Shown: piece after piece, positions 38,763 to 55,232 of the stretch
How the letters are laid out: every line of letters begins with the position of its first letter
Numbering within the stretch: the first letter of the stretch is position 1
Assembly: GCA_964016885.1 (NCBI GenBank)
Contig: OZ024745.1
Coordinates: 41,912,001-41,976,000, forward strand
Length of the DNA: 64,000 nucleotides
Reading direction: 5' to 3'
DNA from: Eledone cirrhosa
Lineage: Eukaryota
Position numbers and translations under genes: made by a program
Notes under the pieces: model-generated
Told to the model about the DNA's origin: nothing
Databases searched by the model: none
What the model saw: only the letters and a program-made list of their open reading frames with translations

Positions 38763-41700
38763 GTGAGGACTTGCTGCAGTTTTACTCGGAACATAAACGA
38801 CACTAATCTATCCGGTCTCAAGGGGCATGTAAAGGCTTTGGAAATTGTTCTTTCCTCTAGATCAATAAAATAAAAATAAAAAGCCAACGATTCACTTGAA
38901 ACACACGTGAATATAACAGTGCTGATAGCAAATCAGTCGAAGCCCTTGTGAAATCAACAGTGCTGAATACGTATCCCTCAAAGCACTCGTTAAATCAACA
39001 GTACTGGTGAACTCATATATGAAAGAACGAATCTAAACTCTATATATTCCTAAGCACTACTGTTTCTTACATTCCCCAGCCCTTAATAATTGAGTAATAA
39101 AAATTGTTGTGTATTAACTTTGTTTCTCTGTGTGTAACACATAAAGAGAAAATTCTTTAACTATTTCTTTTCTTTCTTTCTTTTTTTTTTTTTTGGCAAG
39201 TTTTTATTTGCAATGAATGGAAATATAAAAAAAAATAACATTTATAGCGTTTGATCTTTTCTGCATAAATTTCACTAGTGATGGAAAAAAAGTAGAGTTA
39301 AAGCAATCTCAACTCAGTCAACATTTTGAATGTTTGTAACTATGAAGTAAACAGATCGAGACATAGGATTAAAATATTCATATTATTTAATATAACTTTC
39401 TTTCTTTTGTCATTTTTCTTCTGTAATGTTATTCTTCTAGTCTATGTATGTAACGCTTTAAACAACCATTGTCTTAACTATGGAAATAATTTGAAGACAT
39501 GATCTATTATACATGCAAAATTTATATATTCTTAAGACAATTGATTGATAAACTTATTAAGATATATTAAGACGTTACATACGTAGTCATATTGAAGTAG
39601 ACTCATTTTATAGATGAGTTATGTCTTCGAGTTTGCTCGATAGTTAAGATCGTCTTTGAAGAATTTGCTGTATATATATATTATACACACATATCTATGA
39701 AATGAATTTATAAGATAGAATGCCTTGCAGCATTTATTCCAGTTCTCTGCACACTCAGTTCACGCCTCGGTCAACTTTGGATGCCATCATTTTAAGGTCA
39801 ATAAAGTACCAGTTCAGTACTAGAAGAGTTTCTTCTCTCTCACCTATCTCCCTGTCTAATTCTCTTTCTTAGAAGAAATCTGCTATGACCAGGCCTGGAG
39901 AGGGATAAGCTTACATTGTCACAAAGCTGCACATTTATAGAAGAGTATTTTTGATTAACTCATCTTCCAGTGAGATTTGAACACAGAACCTAAAGAGATA
40001 TAACTAAATATCGCTATGAATTTTATCTGCCATCCACAGCCACAAAATCTGTAGTTGATGTTTAAAATTCAATATAGAGAGAAAGGAAAGATAAACGTTA
40101 AGCTTCATAGAAGTGAGCAATACCATTTGATGGTGAGTGACCAAAGATCTGGGACATTGGTTTTAGTCGACATTCCAACTAATTTGTCATCTTTTATTAT
40201 TTTCTTTTTTAAATCATGATTTGTTTAGTTTTGATATATTGTTATTCTATATCATTTTATTTTTATACAAAACAAATCATTAGTACGATTCATGCTGAAA
40301 CAAAAGACTTTTGAATGTATACGTTTATAGAGGCTTAAACACACATATAAATACACCCACATATATATAGACACGTATAAACATAGCCAAACATATATAC
40401 ACAGGAAACTACACAAATATTTGTATCAATTCACAGAAAAGTTGTTCTAATACAAACTTCAGTGAAGCTCGTTTATATGTGATATACGTGAGTGTCCGTG
40501 TATGTGTGTGTATTTATACAGAGAAACATACACACGTTATATATACATATATATATATATGTGTGTGTGTGTGTGTTATAGTTCCGAAGCTATACCAGTG
40601 ATCCAGATTTGAAGTGTGGGTTACGCCAAAACATTCCTCGACCTCGAATCAAGAATCAGTAGTATGGCTTCGCAATTATAATAATATATACATCACTCCT
40701 CTCATGTCTTCAGTTTTGTTCCTATAGTTTCTATCGCCAAACCTAACTATCTATATGTATGTCTGTATGTATGTATGTATTTTATTGGTTTCAGACTTTT
40801 ATTGGTTTCAGACTTTGGCCATGCTGGGACACTAACACGGGCATTTTTATAATTCTCTTCTTCTTCTTCTTCTTCTTCTTCTTCTTCTTCTTCTTCTTCT
40901 TCTTCTTCTTCTTCTTCTTCTTCTTCTTCTTCTTCTTCTACACATTACTCCTAAGGCCACTAACTACATATTCACCTTCACTACTTGGTGCTATAGTGAC
41001 CCACCTAAAATGTATCTTGACATCTATTATCACTAGATGTACAAATATTTACCTTCGCTTCTTTTCTTGTTGTTTCCTTACCATAATTACATTTATAAAC
41101 TCCGGTTTATAGCTTTCTTTTACTATAAATTACACTAATTAACTTTATTAGAATGGATCCACGTCAGTTTCGACGATGAGTGTTCCAGTTGTTCGATCAA
41201 TAATTGAAACAACCCGCTAATGAAATAAAGGTGTATGTGGCTGAGCATTCCACGAACACGTGTAGCCGTAACGTAATTCTCAGGGAGATTCAGCGTGACA
41301 GTGTGTGGCAAGGCTGGTCGGTTGAGTTACAGTTACACACCGACGGGCTTCCAAATAGTTTCCGTCTACTTAATGCATGAGCTGAAAAGTAGCTATGGTA
41401 AATGACACCCAAGATTACACGCAGTGGGATCGAACCTGGGACCTAATGGAATCACTTCATTGTCAGAATCGTTGGAATGTAGGAATTTCATCCAGTTCTC
41501 TGCGTTTCAAGTTCAAAGAGCATCGAGATCAACTTTGAATTTCATCTTTCCAGGGTCGTTAAATAAAGTACCGGTTGCCTATGTTCTGAGTTCGAATCCT
41601 ACCTCCTTCTGCCAGGAGTTGCGACTGACAGAATGAAATAACGATGATCCAACATGATGATCGGCTCCGTTAATTTCCTTTTTTTTTTGTGTCTACCTTT

Positions 41701-42064
41701 TCATTTTATTTACAGGAAAATTACTATCTATAAACTCCCATTGCCATTCCTGTTACTTTATCACCTCCCTTTCGTCACATGGTTTTATCTATAGTGCTCC
41801 ATCTACCGGTATTCTTCATTTATCTGTATAATATATATATATATATACATTGTATATATATAAACATTTGTTTACCCTCTCCGGATCAATATAAACTTTC
41901 TTCGTTTATATTTAGAAAAGTCTAGTCTTCAACTATTCCACCCAATACTTACGTATACATCCCATCAATCGCGCCAACATTTTAATTCGTTTGAAAAAGA
42001 TCTTACTCTGTGAAACATTTACCCATGTGGAACGAATCATTGCAATATAATATAATATAATATA

Positions 42065-42231
<167 letters not shown>

Positions 42232-43067
42232 AGATCAAAAGATGGTTAAATGAGTTCCATGTATTTTATTATGCGCATTCTGCATTGCTTTATTGTACTA
42301 CAATAAAACTCACCTCCTACATTATATATAATATATATATATAGTTTAGAAAGCTGTAAGGGAATCATTGTGTCATTACCATAACAGAAGTCCGACGAGC
42401 TTTTGATTCCAGAGAATAAATCTAAATATTGTGACACATATGTCGCCAGATTCTCTGGCAAGATAAATAGCTCCACGAGCTTTCTGTACTCTGATTGCAA
42501 TAATGTAATAAACTGTTAAAGGGTACATTTCAGAGGAGTCAGTCTGAGTAGATAGGTAATTAGACCCTTATTCAGGTGATTAGACAGTTGATAATGACCT
42601 TCGAACATAATGAGTATAGGTGGTTTCATTTACCATTTGAAGTTCTCACAAGTACTAAAATTTGGCAGAATCTACCATCAAATAACGTCTAATTAGAATG
42701 ATAACAAAAATGGCGAAGTGAGTGAAATAATAATTTCCTCGGTGAAACTCGCGTATTCGACAGATGTAAATGTGATTTAACCAAATTTTGTATATATATA
42801 TTTATATACATTTGTATACATATTATACATTTATATACATATTGGCATGCTGTCAATAAAACACACACACACCAGTTGAGATTCACTTCAATTTATTATT
42901 ATAATTTCTCATCGGTTAGGTTAATATTTGGCTGACTGTTGATTGTCAAAACTCTTTCGTCACACAATCTGTGCCCTCTTCATTAACTACTTGTGGTGGT
43001 TTTCGGTGTCTTGCTAGCTTAGCTAAAGATTACGGTACATGTTTGCATTAATTTTTACAATACTTTA

Positions 43068-43246
43068 GGATTGGCAGTATCAGTATAGGGTCGGACTCCA
43101 TGCCTTGCAGCAAAGAATTACGGCCCTTTATGATCTGAGTTCAAATCCGAGGTTAACTTTGCCATTCATCCTTACGGGGTCGATAAAATAAAGTACCAGT
43201 AATACACTGGGATTATTGCTGGTCTTGTGCTAAAAGTAGAAACGAT
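43068..43246 (+). mobile_element. SINE family 1
   Basis: ggattggcagtatcagtatagggtcggac..ctgagttcaaatcc..ggggtcgataaaataaagtaccagt. Confidence 0.85.
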
Positions 43247-43463
43247 TAATTTTTATAATACTTTTGATGTGAAAACAATAAAATGAAACTCAACTGGTGC
43301 GTTTGTTTTCATTGGCAGCACGACCCTCCCAAATCATAACAACATCTGCTTCAACACACGTTTTCACAACAAAATCTTGCAAAACAAATACATAAGCCAA
43401 GTACCGTAAGCTTTAGCCTAATTAGCAAGACGCTGAACATCGCCATAAGTAGTCACTGAAGAC

Positions 43464-43494
<31 letters not shown>

Positions 43495-43495
<1 letters not shown>

Positions 43496-43613
43496 CGGGT
43501 TCAATTGGGGAGTAGTCACAGTAAGTAAAGTACTCAATACTTAGCTAGTATAAATGTTTAATATAGAAATGGCTTCTACAGTTCTAGTCCTGTAGAAGCC
43601 ATTTCTATATTGA
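43495..43613 (-). mobile_element. Family D fold-back copy 2
   Basis: aatatagaaatggcttctacag / ctgtagaagccatttctatatt perfect inverted pair plus tail homologous to 4140-4220. Confidence 0.75.
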
Positions 43614-43750
43614 ATATATATATATACATATATATATACATACAAACATATTTACATGCGCGAACGCACACAAACACATGTTTGTGTGCATGTGTGTGCG
43701 TTCGCGCATATGTAAATTTAAAATTATTTGTCAACAGATCAAGTAGCACT

Positions 43751-43792
43751 ACCATGCTGATGAGGTCTAACCGACTGAAACATGTTCATGGT
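43751..43792 (+). ncRNA. Minimal type I hammerhead ribozyme
   Basis: accatg-CTGATGA-ggtc-taacc-gact-GAAA-catg-TT-catggt; 6-bp stem I and palindromic stem III (acatgt). Confidence 0.82.
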
Positions 43793-44065
43793 TCACAATG
43801 TTTACAAAGAAACACCAAACGTCAACACAAAACATTCAAAATTAGTTTCAAGAGATTTCTTGAGATTTTATTCTATTTTCTATCCCACGCGGTGATTTTG
43901 TTTCTATTCTCGAAATAAGAGGGATATTTTAATCAATTAAGTATTAATTGGATAATCATATTCAATAAATCACGAACACTCATGCGCTCCCACGCCCATG
44001 TATGTATACGCAAGCACACATACACACACATGCACGGACGCATGCAAACACACACCCAAACACAT

Positions 44066-44420
<355 letters not shown>

Positions 44421-44434
44421 ACGAGATAACAAAT

Positions 44435-45139
<705 letters not shown>

Positions 45140-45319
45140 TGCGTGTGTGTGTACACTTGCATATATGCACAAATAATAGGAAACCCTTGTGTGAGTGATA
45201 AAGAGCGGAAGAGAGAGAGAATATTTCCTACACGGTGTTCTTTCTCCTGCTGTCCTGCAATTTCACATTACTTGAACACATGCAAGTATCATTGAACAAT
45301 TATTATTTACTACATAAAT

Positions 45320-45409
<90 letters not shown>

Positions 45410-45751
45410 CATATACTATTTATATATACAATATATATCTTTATATATAAATAATATATAGATAAAAGATATATATATACATATATATATCATATATTCA
45501 TATATATATATATCATATATTTATATATATATTGTATATATAATATATATGATATATTCATATATACATAACAAAATATATATACATACACACATATATA
45601 TATATATAAATATATTATATATATTATTATATATATTATTAAATATATAATATATATATGTACATATATATATATACATTTACAAATAAATAATATATGT
45701 ATAGTATTCTATAAATATATATATATATATACTATATTCTATACATATATG

Positions 45752-45787
<36 letters not shown>

Positions 45788-46262
45788 CGTCTGGATTATG
45801 CAATTGAAATTAGATAAGATATACATATATATATGTATGTGTTTTTGTGTGAAACAAAATACGCACAAAATCACTTACGTACACAAACGGACAAACGCAC
45901 ACACACTATGTATATATATATATATAAACACACGCACATATGTATATATGTGCGCATTCCAGAATGGGCCCGTTTACATATGTGCGTTTATATGCGTGGG
46001 TTAACCTGGCTTAGTGTTATATTTGTATTTTCTAATCACATTTACTGGAAATTCTGCAAGTGTAATAATTATATACTCCAAATAATTTGCAATTCTTGTA
46101 CGCTTTAAGATATATACACTGTCTTTTCATCAGGAATTATAGGAGACATATGTAGATATGTAATTATCTGTGCATGTATGCAAGTATGTAGGCATGTATA
46201 TTTTCTATAGATTAATTCAGCCACTGTGGCTAAGATTCATGCCCTATATACATATATATATG

Positions 46263-46293
<31 letters not shown>

Positions 46294-46410
46294 CGTTTCT
46301 ATATTACATACATATGTATATATGTATATATATATATATATGCATATGTGTATGTGTAAATACGCAAACAAATGCACACGCACACCCACATTCATGTACA
46401 GATATATGTA

Positions 46411-46459
<49 letters not shown>

Positions 46460-46649
46460 GCACACACATACATATGTGAGTGTGTATGAATATATATATA
46501 CACACTCACATATTTGTGTGTGTGTGTGCATATATATAATTAGAGAGAGAGAAAGAGAGAGAGAGGGGGGAGAGGTGTACACACATTCGTTTATTTGCGT
46601 ATATAGGTTTGTACCTCCATTGATTGAATCTGCAGCACGTATGATATGT

Positions 46650-46830
46650 GTTGATGTAGCCCCAAGTCAGTCTTGACTGAGCAGACCTATGATCCAAGTA
46701 TTGCAAGTATGAGCATCGTTTTATTAGCTTTATCTCACTCTATATTATCCAATACGTCTTCGTTTCACTCGGGGTGTATTTGAGATTTGAGTAATTGAGG
46801 TAGATTTGGTTGCTATATTTACCAGCGTCT
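46650..46830. repeat. Dispersed degenerate repeat (also ~52280-52450 and ~63130-63300)
   Basis: Shared blocks tagcc..ca.gtcag, agacct.tgatc, attat..aat and terminal tagca/tagta..cgtctcc; unclassified. Confidence 0.45.
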
Positions 46831-46910
46831 CCATTATTTTCACTGAAACTACTGTAGAATATATCACTTGTGTGTGTGAGGCTTATTGTCATGAATTAGT
46901 CTGTTGTAAT

Positions 46911-47100
46911 AATTGTTTCTACTTTTGGCACAAGGCCATCAATTAACCAGTACATTACTGGTACTTTATTTCATCGACCCCCGTAAGGATGAAAGGCAAA
47001 GTTAACCTGGGCGGGATTTTGAACTCAGACCGCAAAGGGACGTAACTATGCTGTAAAGCATGGCGTCCGACCCTCTACCGATACTGCCAATCCACCGCCC
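46911..47100 (-). mobile_element. SINE family 1, full length
   Basis: Complete A box, B box and core; flanked by ttagtctgttgtaat / ttagtatgttgtaat. Confidence 0.88.
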
Positions 47101-47115
47101 TTAGTATGTTGTAAT

Positions 47116-47285
47116 AATTGTTTCTACGTTAGGCACAAGGCCAGCAATTACTCAGTGTATTACTGGTACTTTATTTTATCGACCCCGTAAGGATGAAAGG
47201 CAAAGTTAACCTCGGCGGGATTTGAACTCAGAATGGCAAGGGCCGTAACTCTATGCGTCAAAGCATGGCGTCCGACCCAATACCA
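47116..47285 (-). mobile_element. SINE family 1, tandem second copy
   Basis: Same family, different subtype (aatggcaagggccgtaactc). Confidence 0.85.
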
Positions 47286-47975
47286 ATTAATTATTAATAA
47301 TTACTTTTGTTCTCATTTTAACATATTATTTCTGGGTGAAAGGTTTATAATTAGTAATTATATTGTTATGATATAAATTAATGCTTACTTTTATTCACCT
47401 TTTAAAATACTATTTCTTTTTATATAACATCTTGAATATTTTGGTTAAATAAAGTTAATTATATATACGTTGTAATATTAATTTCTTTCATTAACTACAA
47501 TCCGAGAAATGTGCAATATTAATTGGATATATCCAATTATATATGAAAGTCTCTTACCTACTTTATTGACTCTGATGAGATGGAAAGTAATACCAACATT
47601 GACTGCATTTAAAACAGGGAGACTTAACTAATTACTAAAAAAAAAAAAATTTAATTTAGAGTTGTAAATATTTTGGATAATTTATGACTTCGAATTCATC
47701 GAAAATATTTGTCTATGAAAAATATATATAATATTCTCACATTCTTTGTGTTTAAGCTATCACAATATAGATTTTAAATCGCTGTTTAATAGTAATGTTT
47801 GTAGGTATCCTGGTTAGTAAACGAAAATATTATAGATGGTGCATACACACTTGCACATAACGTGAAAAGTAGAGTGAAAGTTAGAAAGATAAATCACGAC
47901 ATTCTTACACAAGCTAATTCATATATACACACGCGCATACTCACTCACTCACTACTGTGGTACACACACAGACAG

Positions 47976-48074
<99 letters not shown>

Positions 48075-48104
48075 TATATATATAAATATATATATATATA
48101 TATA

Positions 48105-48161
<57 letters not shown>

Positions 48162-48215
48162 ATATATATGTATATATATATAAACATATATATGTATATA
48201 TATATATATATATAA

Positions 48216-48287
<72 letters not shown>

Positions 48288-48349
48288 CGGCGATGAATTA
48301 GTTTAGCGAGGTTTTTTATATGAAATCGTGTGTCGAAACAGATATTGTT

Positions 48350-48465
48350 ATATTAGATCGCAGATATAAAAGACAGCGAGAAGCGAAAACCAACCAAACA
48401 GTGAGTGTGTTCTGTTATTAATTCTGGCAATATTACGCAAATATGACCCTCCCCAAATATAACAA
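48350..48465 (+). mobile_element. Family C, 3' fragment
   Basis: Near-identical to 22880-22985. Confidence 0.78.
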
Positions 48466-48559
48466 TATATATATATATATATCAAAAGATGTGAGGGCCG
48501 ATTCAAAGCAGGTAATCGATTATTATAGATGGCTGTATATATATATATATATATATATA

Positions 48560-48693
48560 GCGATAGGACACTGGGAGGTTATATCCGTTGTAAGTAGAGC
48601 ACTCAATCCATGGGACGAGTTCGGTATGAAGTTAGTTCCACAAGAGTTAGCAAACCATTTTCAAGGAAACGTGTTTCACCTTACGGATTTTCA

Positions 48694-48695
<2 letters not shown>
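48560..48695 (-). mobile_element. Family E copy 2
   Basis: Homologous to 10576-10655. Minus strand: TGAAAA-tccg-taa-gg-t-GAAA-cacg-TT-tcc. (TA)n flanks. Confidence 0.55.
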
Positions 48696-48778
<83 letters not shown>

Positions 48779-49145
48779 TATTAAATCTTTGCGTGTATGT
48801 TCATGTAAAGTCACTCCAACGGTTACGTCTTTGACTATTGAACATCCTGTAATGATTTAGCAGGAAATATCTAAAATCCAGGTCTGTTGATTCAAATATT
48901 TACAGTATCTTCATTGGTTGTCAGATCGTTGTCAAAGTTTGTAGTAAGCAAAACAAAAATTTTATTTTTTAAAGTAATGGTGCTTTATACTTTTTCAGAA
49001 TGTTTTGTTAATGTGGCTGTATATAGTACAGAAGGTTGAGGTGGTAGACTACACATTGGCAATTGAAATATTTTCTAAGGCTTTTCAAACACAAACTTTA
49101 TTGTATACTATTACAACAAATAATTGTATATAAATATATATATAT

Positions 49146-49478
49146 ACGATATATTAACAAATGGAAACTATATTTATAAAACCATATTTATTTCATTATA
49201 CATATTTCAAGGACACCAAGTCAACTTATGGTGCGCTTTCATCAGATAAAATATAATATAGATCAGTTTTATAAATAAATATTGACATACCCTTAAAGAA
49301 TGTGACCATTTCTGTTGGAAGCTCTTGAAATATGTATAATGAAATAAATATGGTTTTATAAATATAGTTTACATTTGTTAATATATCGTATTTTTACTCA
49401 AATAATTTGTTGAGTGCGTTATATCTGTTATAAAAATATTTGTTTGTTGTATCCCAACAATTTAAATATAACTTCTAC
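49146..49478 (+). mobile_element. Family G fold-back element (copy 2) with hammerhead in the inverted arm
   Basis: Arms 49146-49211 and 49324-49390, right tail. Minus strand 49195-49250: CTGATGA-aagcgcacca..tggtgtcctt-GAAA-tatg-TA. Confidence 0.82.
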
Positions 49479-49569
<91 letters not shown>

Positions 49570-49763
49570 TAAACGAAAAAGAAAATGCTGACAAATTGTT
49601 CACAGTGAAAAATAGTTTAATTAGGAATAAGTGAGAATTAGTAATAGTATTGGTTAGTATTCAGTTTTGGTTTTAAGTTTTACCGGTTGCGCATTTCTAA
49701 TGCTTTTCAAAAATAATTTTGAGATAGAGCGTCCGTGATGTTTGCTCTGATCATATATATTTG

Positions 49764-49828
<65 letters not shown>

Positions 49829-49838
49829 AACGTGTATA

Positions 49839-49923
<85 letters not shown>

Positions 49924-49934
49924 TTATTTATATA

Positions 49935-50200
49935 TACAACAGGAGGAAAATAATAGTACCACTGGTGATGTTGCAGATGTGCAACGAAAGGACTTTGTTA
50001 GACTATATATATTTGGTTATATCTATATTATATCTGTATTTTTTACCGTTGGTCAGTCAATGATAAACATTGAGGACCGGATGAATTAACTGTGGAGATA
50101 TAAAAGACACAGAAGAGAAAACCAACCAAACAGTGAGTGTGTTCTGTTATTATTTCTGGCAATATTATTACAACAATATGACCCTCCCCAAGTATAACAA
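49935..50200 (+). mobile_element. Family C copy
   Basis: ctggtga-t-gttgca-gatg-tgcaac-GAAA at 49962-49989; near-identical to 21645-21912. Confidence 0.8.
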
Positions 50201-50220
50201 TATATAAATATAACATTTAT

Positions 50221-51444
50221 AAAGCTTTGGGAGAGGGCTCCAACACTGATGCCATCTACCTTGATTTCACCAAGGCCTTTGACAGGGTTGATCACAACAT
50301 TCAACTGAAAAACCTATCAAACTTTACTGCAATGGATCAAGTGTTTCCTGACAAACAGAGTCCAGTATGTTGTAGTCGAAGGAGTACAATGAAGCCCAGC
50401 CAAAGTCAGTAGTGGCGTTCCACAAAGCACTGTGTTGGGTCCACTTCTTTTCATTATTTATAGGAATCACACTACTGAAATCATCAAGCACAGCAACATA
50501 AGAATCTTTTCAGATGATTCCAAGCTCTAGAATGTCATCAATGGAGTGGGTGACCGGACATGCCTTCAGTCAGACCTATTGGCTGTTATCCAATGGGTGG
50601 AAAAGAACAATATGCTGCTGAACGAGGATAAATTTGAGTTAACCTACTTTGGAAAAGAGTATGCACTGAAACTCTCAAATACCCTTCCCTCAGGTGAAAC
50701 CCGCGTGGCATCCAACAACAGCAGAGACCTGGGGGTAATTGTTGATAACAACATAAGTTGGGCAACTCATATAAACAGCAATGTTGACATGGCCCGCAGA
50801 ATGTGTTCCTGGATTCTCAGAACTTTCCAGTCGAGAGATATTCACACGATTATCCTTCTCTTCTCCAGTTTTGCCCGACCCCACCTTGAATACTCTTGTT
50901 CACTGTGGTCTCCCCACACGAAACAAAGAATTATGAAAATTGAAGCACCTCAAAGATCAATCACAAAAAAGAAGATAGACGGCATTGTCTTTTGGAGACG
51001 ACTAGAAAAGCTCAAACTCTACTTTCTCCAGCGCCGCCGTAATCGCTACATTATCTGCATGATATGGAAAATATTCCAACAGCATTGCCTAAATGATGTT
51101 GGCATCACCTTTAAAATACACCCAAGCCTTGGGCCCTGTGGCCACAACAAAAATCAAACTCCCATCTCAGAACAACATTACGGTACAATTATTTCACCTC
51201 AACTAGTCCCGCTCTTTTTAACATTGCACCAAAACACATTAAAACAGAAACAATTCAAGAGGTCTTTGGAAAATATCCTCCAAGAAATCCCCGATAAACC
51301 TACTACACCCGGATATGTGTCCGCAAACAATAACTCTCTACTTGAGTGGGCTATGGTATCCAAATCCTGATTTGAAAATGTTTGCCAGCTGGTGCTTTTA
51401 AGTTAGACACGGCCTGGGCCAATGCTGGCCGAAACCTATCAAAG

Positions 51445-51446
<2 letters not shown>
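50221..51446 (+). mobile_element. CR1-group LINE, 5'-truncated, decayed reverse transcriptase
   Basis: DAIYLDFTKAFDRVDH, SGVPQSTVLGPLLF, FSDDSKL, LQSDL..W..N.MLLNEDK, RPHLEY.CSLWSPH and LQRRR, with frameshifts and stops. Confidence 0.92.
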
Positions 51447-51515
<69 letters not shown>

Positions 51516-52617
51516 TAACTGTTTCATAGGTAATCCGTTTGATAAGGCCAGAAGAAATCCTAGTAAATACTTTTATTAGAGCAAATGTTTACTTCTAAAG
51601 AAAATCAAAAGTAAAATTAATTTATCATTAAGTTATTTTCAGTGTATAATATCCAATTTAAAGAAACATTGGCTGTGTGACTTATACAATGTTAATCATC
51701 TTGGCATATACCGAAGATGTTTCTGGACATGTTTCAGTTTTATTAGACTTCCTCGGCGAACCACAGATTTCTCCGTTCTAACCTATGTAATGTTGAGACA
51801 ATTGATATGGGCACCTTATAATATACGCGCTCTTATTTTATGAAATAAACACCAAATAGTAAATTTGCGCTCATTTATTTTATAGGAAGGGTACAGTTGT
51901 GTAATCTACGAGATACCAATATTGCACGTCTGCGGAAGATATTTGGTCACTTGCTACGCAGTGAGAGTAACTCTCGATTGGAAGCCAGGCAGTCCCGTCA
52001 AGACCTAATCGATGTCTGTGGCGGAAATCCTAGCAGATATATCTCTGGCCGGTGAGCATCTATCTCATACGTTTAGATAGTGAGCATTATTCTTTCTCTC
52101 CTGATTAAGTTATAAAAATAATTTCACTTCGGTTTGTTGACTTTTCCTGTCATTCTTTGGAGGGTCGCTAAAATAACTACCAATCAAGTGGTGGGGTTGA
52201 ATTAATCATGTATACCCATCCATCAATATCGATGACATTATGCCAGTGCAAGAAATCATTATTTATGTTGTTGCTGTTGTTGTTTAGCCATGAGTAGACC
52301 TGTGATCAAAGACATTCCAGCAGTGATCTTGTTTTTTAGCTATAACTAGGACAACATTATCTAATGTGTACTTATATTTTTAAGGTTTGATTTGAGGAAG
52401 TCTGACTGGTATTTCTAGTAGATCAGGTGGCCACACAGAGGCTGGCTTAGCATTATTGACGTCTCCTTTCCTTGAACTTCCTATATTTTCTGTTAATATA
52501 TGGATATTATTATTCTGTAGTTTCAGTATTTGTATTCTTTACTATTGTTTGTAATTCTAAAATCGTGTTTACTTTGTTGCATTGTTTTATCGCTGATAAC
52601 AGAAACCTCTATATTAT

Positions 52618-52831
<214 letters not shown>

Positions 52832-52832
52832 A

Positions 52833-52997
52833 TAATTGTTTCTACGTTAGGCACAAGGCCAGCAATACCCACTGCATTACTGGTACTTTATTTTATTGAC
52901 CCCGTAAGGATGAAAGGCAAAGTCAACCTCGGCGGCATTTGAACTCAGACTGTAAAGGGACGTAACTATGCTAGAAAGCATGGCGTCCAACCCTCTA
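52833..52997 (-). mobile_element. SINE family 1
   Basis: Same core motifs; 5' tip missing. Confidence 0.85.
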
Positions 52998-53008
52998 TAA
53001 TTATATAT

Positions 53009-53230
53009 AGTAATAATAATAAATTTGAAGACTAAAATCCAAAGAGGGCTCGATAAGGATAAATATATATCAAATATATAAGAACCGTAGAGCAAATATT
53101 TATTAAAATAACAGATTAAAGTTTAAGCAAAGAATCGCTGCTTTCACCCGTAACGGGATCTTCAGAAGATCACGTTAAGAGTGAAAGCAGGGATTCTTTG
53201 CTTATACTTTAATCTATTATTTTAATAAAT
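53009..53230 (-). mobile_element. Family A copy 2 with fold-back
   Basis: Arms meet at gatcttcagaagatc (~53163); tail at left. Confidence 0.85.
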
Positions 53231-53298
53231 ATATATATATATAGTAAGATTATTTTCGAAACAGCGAGTTGGTTTGAAATTATTAGAAATTTCTAATA

Positions 53299-53332
<34 letters not shown>

Positions 53333-53344
53333 GTATGTGTGTGT

Positions 53345-53465
<121 letters not shown>

Positions 53466-54586
53466 CAGACACATATTATCAAAGTAAAGAATAAACAATA
53501 GCTATAATCGGATAAGGATCCAGGTCCAATGGAATGAATGTCTTTCGAGTAAAATGGATTCTGAAAATTCAAAATAAATAAAACAAAACATCAATATCTA
53601 ATTTTAATGGCTGACCTATTAAAACAACCTATTAATTCATTTGTTTTGTCATGGCTCATCACATCAAAACCATATAAAGATTAACGTCTTTTTTTATATT
53701 AATAAACCATTTGTTAACAAAAGACAAATCTATTATTTGTAATTAACAAGTGTATCAGCTCTCGTTTTACTCGGCAGAGTTGTCACCTGTATTACTTATG
53801 CTGAATGGTGATAATTAAAGCTATATTTTAGACCTATGTAACCAGTTCTTAGCGTACCTCTGTGGGAAGTGGTGAACCCAAATATATTTCATTTTCTTTG
53901 AGGTAAAGTTTGTCGCAGGAATTATGTAAATTACATTTCAAAATGGTGTTTAACAGTACTGTGTCGTTTAGTGGATATTTTATAGAAAAAATAAACATGT
54001 TTATGTAAAACAATGACATGTTCTTTACTGCTTTCTTCTGTTTCTGATCGAAAAGATGTTATTTCAGAAGGAATAAAACAAATCGCAATTTTTCGGAGAA
54101 CATGATCAATTTTAAGTCAGTTGTTATGTAAGATGATATTCAAGACGTCCTTGTGCTCAGACAATAGACTCTGTAGACGTAGAAGAGTATGTTCTTTCAC
54201 ATGTGCCATAATGTACATTCGACAACATGTTTCAGTCTCTGTATAAAAATGTGAATTTAAACAAAAGTCGCCAAACTAAAGTCAGACAATACTCCAGCTA
54301 ACAGACGACGAAAGCCATCAACTTGAACTTGTCATCATTAAACTATATGATGTCAAGTCCTCACCATAGTTTGGCCCACTTGTTGTGAATCTTAATGAAG
54401 CATTATATTCAGAGATGGTTCTTCATCTAATGTTTCCTGTGTACCTATAGTTTCTACACAACCAGCTTTGAAAAATATATTTCTAACTTTATTTCACTAA
54501 TAATAAATGTTATACAATTTTTAAGGCCCCAAATGAGGAAAAACAAGAATAGAAAGAAACCACCATTTGCATATACACACAATATA

Positions 54587-54939
54587 CAGGGTGAGTCAAA
54601 ATTATGTTAACACTAGTATGGGAGAAATCATTTATTCAGAATTTACCGAACTGTCTCAATCTGGTCACCAGCATGATCAATACACAAAAACCAGCGATCA
54701 ACTACAATTTAGTGCTTTGACACACATTTCTCGGGGAATACTTGATATGACACCTTGTATTCTGTCCGTCTCTAACTTTTTTGCTATACACGCGCTCCTT
54801 TACCATGCCCCATAATCAGAAGTCACAGGGTGTCAGATCAGGGGAGTGTGCAGGCCATGCCAATGGTCCACCGCGACCTATCCAATGATTTGGAAATGTA
54901 CGATCGAGAAAAGTGTTAACACAATTTTGACTCACCCTG
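54587..54939 (-). mobile_element. Internally deleted Tc1/mariner transposon
   Basis: TA|cagggtgagtcaaaattatgttaacact ... agtgttaacacaattttgactcaccctg|TA. Minus strand encodes FPNHWIGRGGPLAWPAHSPDLTPCDF*LWGMVKERVY (transposase C-terminus). Confidence 0.93.
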
Positions 54940-55051
54940 TATACATTAACAGACTTTATCTTTCAACCTATGTTTTACATTAAACATTATATAATAGTTC
55001 TCTCTACTATCAGGTGAATGACACAATGCAGTATGTAATTTGATTTCTAGG

Positions 55052-55232
<181 letters not shown>

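Noticed and set aside
38699-38887. Minus-strand 62-aa ORF as an exon
   Set aside because: An acceptor-like site is present but all frames stop before a convincing donor; no homology recognised.
50546-51370. 274-aa ORF as a functional gene
   Set aside because: Part of a frameshifted, 5'-truncated CR1-group RT with a degenerate catalytic region.
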